Made by a program: the position numbers and the translations under genes. A stretch of DNA of 64,000 nucleotides from an uncultured delta proteobacterium. Lineage in GTDB: Bacteria > Desulfobacterota > Binatia > UBA9968. The stretch lies in the NCBI GenBank assembly GCA_963737905.1, contig CAVTUQ010000025.1:298653-362652 (forward strand). The letters are read 5' to 3'. The first letter of the stretch is position 1; each line of letters begins with the position of its first letter. The notes under the pieces were generated by a model. That model did not search any database. It had not been told where the DNA came from and saw only the letters and a program-made list of their open reading frames with translations. Below, one piece after another: positions 61,717 through 64,000 of this stretch.

Positions 61717-62801
61717 ATGCGAGTAATCGATATCGATGGACACGTGCGGGAAGCCGATGATTTGTGGGAACGCTACTCGAGCGGCCCTTTAGCTCCCGTG
61801 CCCCGAAAATTCAACGAGTGCCAAACGGCCAACTCCTATTTCTGCTGGAAGGCAACCGCCACCACCGCAAACCCGATGAGTCTCCTTTCCAGGTGAAGCC
61901 CGACGGCTCTCCGGTCAACGAACATCGCGATCTGGCCACGGATCCGCGGGAGAGGCTCAAAGACATGGATCGTGACGGCATCGAACGCGGCATGCTGTTC
62001 CCGTCGGCGGGTCTCTATCTCCCTTCCGTGGAGGAAGATACCTATGCCGCTGCGCTTTGCCGTGCCTACAATAATTGGCTCTACGATTATTGCGGCGCGG
62101 ATCGAAAACGGCTCATGGGCGTGGGTGTGATTCCGGTACAGGACATCGACGCCGCCGTTGCCGAAACGCACCGGGTAATTGTCGAGCTGGGATTCAAAGC
62201 AATCTTTCTTCGACCGAACCCGGTGAAGGGCAGAACCATCGATGATCCCTACTACGACCCGCTCTACAAAACGATCCAGGAACTGGGTGTTCCACTAATG
62301 CTCCACGAAGGCTCCGGCGCCTATCTCCCCACCGCCGGCGCGGATCGCTTTCCAGGACAGTGGTTTTTTACCCACACGGTCTCCCATCCATTCGAACAGA
62401 TGCTCGCCAGCTTGAGCTTGATCTGCAAAGGGGTGTTGGAGAAATTTCCAGGGCTCCAAGTGGTCTTTCTCGAATCCGGTGCCGGTTGGCTGCCCTACTG
62501 GCTCTGGCGGATGGACGAGCACCACGAGATCCTCCCTTTTCAGGTACCGTGGCTGAAGATGAAACCGAGCGACTACTTTCGCCGGCAATGTTATATCTCC
62601 TGCGAGCCGGAAGAGGAACGTTTGGGAGAGGTCGTAAAAGCCGTCGGCGCCGAGCGAGTTCTGTTCGCCTCGGATTATCCGCATTGGGATGCCAAACTCT
62701 CCGGTTCTCCCCAGATGATTATTGGACGCAAGGATCTCGACGACGAAGCCAAGAGAAAAATTATGGGCGAAAACGCCGCCCGGCTGCTTCGGCTGGACTA
62801 A
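61717..62801 (+). CDS. Amidohydrolase_2 family protein, -1 indel near 61776
   Basis: MRVIDIDGHVRE, then RLKDMDRDGI, AYNNWL, LESGAGW, FASDYPHWD. Confidence 0.88.
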
Positions 62802-62970
62802 CTGACTCCAGTCTAGGGTTTCGAGTCTTGTGTCTCGCGTTTTTCGAGCAACTCGAAACCCAAAACCTGGAACCGGAACTGCGAATCCTTTCTTCTGCCT
62901 GTTGACACGCAGCGTCCCTTTCTCATATCTCTCCGGTATCCAATACGCAGCGACATAGGAGGATTCGCGG

Positions 62971-63081
62971 ATGGCCGAAATACCTAAACTCGTCTCGTCC
63001 ATGGGCAAAGCCGAGTTGGATCGGATTTTTGTCCGCGGCTACGATCTCAACGAAGAACTTAAAAGGAAGGGGATTGCATGA
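62971..63081 (+). pseudogene. N-terminal stub resembling citryl-CoA lyase/citrate synthase
   Basis: GGAGG RBS; MAEIPKLVSSMGKAELDRIFVRGYDLNEEL, then a stop overlapping the next ATG. Confidence 0.55.
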
Positions 63082-64000
63082 ATTTAAGAGTACCCGCGGT
63101 TTTACTTGTCGTCTCGCTCTTTGTTTCTCTCGGGCTGAGTTTTCCGGTGAGCGCGCAACTACGCAAGCTCAACATCGCCTATACCGCCACCAGTCCTTAC
63201 CAGGCGCCGCTAATTATCGCGAGAGAAGCGGGGCTTTTTAAAAAGCATGGTCTGGATATAGCCGCAATTCTTACCCCAGGGGGCTCGCTTGGATTTCAGG
63301 CGATGATGGGAGGCGATGTATCAATGGTTTTAGCCGATGGATCGGCAGCCGTCACCAGCAGCCTCGCCGGCGCAGATCTCGTCATCATCGCGAGTTTCCT
63401 TAACACGTTTCCCTACAGCCTGATTTCTTTGCCGGAAATCAAGAAGGTCGATCAGCTGATCGGCGGCAAGGTAGCCATCAGCCGCTTTGGCAGCGCAACC
63501 GATCTCAGTGTACGGATGGCACTGGCAAAGGTGGGCTTAGCCGAAAAAGATGTTGTTTTGTTACAAATCGGAACTCAGACCGCTCGAGTCGCGGCTTTGC
63601 AGTCTAAGAACGTTCAAGCGACCATCATCACACCGCCCTTTACGTTGACTGCGCGCAAGATGGGATACAACACGTTGATCCACATGGCTCAACTTAACAT
63701 CCCCTTTGAACTGACCGCGATGCTAACGACACGGGCTTTCATCAAAGCGCAGCGCGAGACGGTGGCGTCCGTTATCACCGCTCTGGCCGAAGCCATTCAC
63801 TTTTACAAGACGGAGAAGGAACCCAGCATCAAGATCTTGAGCAAATATCTTCAAACCTCCGATCGCGAGGCTTTGGAAGAAACGTACCGCGAAATAGCCC
63901 TCAAGGTGATTCCCGAGAAACCCTATCCGACGCTCCCGGGTATTCAAACCATCCTCAATGAGCTAGCCGTTAAAAATCCCAAGGCGAAAGCCTCTAAACC
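63078..64000 (+). CDS. NMT1/SsuA-like ABC substrate-binding protein, partial
   Basis: Manual translation: signal peptide, AREAGLFKKHGLD, KVAISRFGSATD; runs off the window. Confidence 0.88.
   Translation, partial: MNLRVPAVLLVVSLFVSLGLSFPVSAQLRKLNIAYTATSPYQAPLIIAREAGLFKKHGLDIAAILTPGGSLGFQAMMGGDVSMVLADGSAAVTSSLAGADLVIIASFLNTFPYSLISLPEIKKVDQLIGGKVAISRFGSATDLSVRMALAKVGLAEKDVVLLQIGTQTARVAALQSKNVQATIITPPFTLTARKMGYNTLIHMAQLNIPFELTAMLTTRAFIKAQRETVASVITALAEAIHFYKTEKEPSIKILSKYLQTSDREALEETYREIALKVIPEKPYPTLPGIQTILNELAVKNPKAKASK

Noticed and set aside
25740-61780. Frameshifts in the Fe-S subunit, oxidase, ilvD, TRAP permease, RT and amidohydrolase genes as programmed frameshifting or true pseudogenes
   Set aside because: Scattered single-base indels, mostly in short homopolymers, with no shared slippery motif or further decay; most likely long-read consensus errors.

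Overview
Bacterial chromosomal window. Gene content suggests a Deltaproteobacteria-like lineage such as Ca. Binatia; this is inference only. Core and metabolic content: pckG, the rimP-nusA-ylxR-infB-DUF503-rbfA-truB operon, an NtrBC-like pair, thiE, dnaB, queF, an NAD-linked formate dehydrogenase, ilvD, transporters and catabolic enzymes. Two integron-type cassette arrays interrupt this backbone: about 11.4-18.3 kb (no integrase) and about 43.5-54.05 kb (after a C-terminal intI remnant). They carry TA pairs, nuclease/HEPN-like and phage-type genes, an IS4, and a group II intron inserted in an attC. The main novelty candidate is a 2.5-kb element encoding a tyrosine recombinase and an IS91-type HUH transposase. 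It is bounded like a gene cassette: G|TTGAAC on the left, and GTCCAAC-perfect stem-G|TT on the right. Its right end recurs as an orphan inside the other array, and a second, different IS91-like remnant ends with the same architecture on the opposite strand. This points to rolling-circle elements that integrate at integron GTT sites using their own recombinase. Many single-base frameshifts look like long-read assembly errors.
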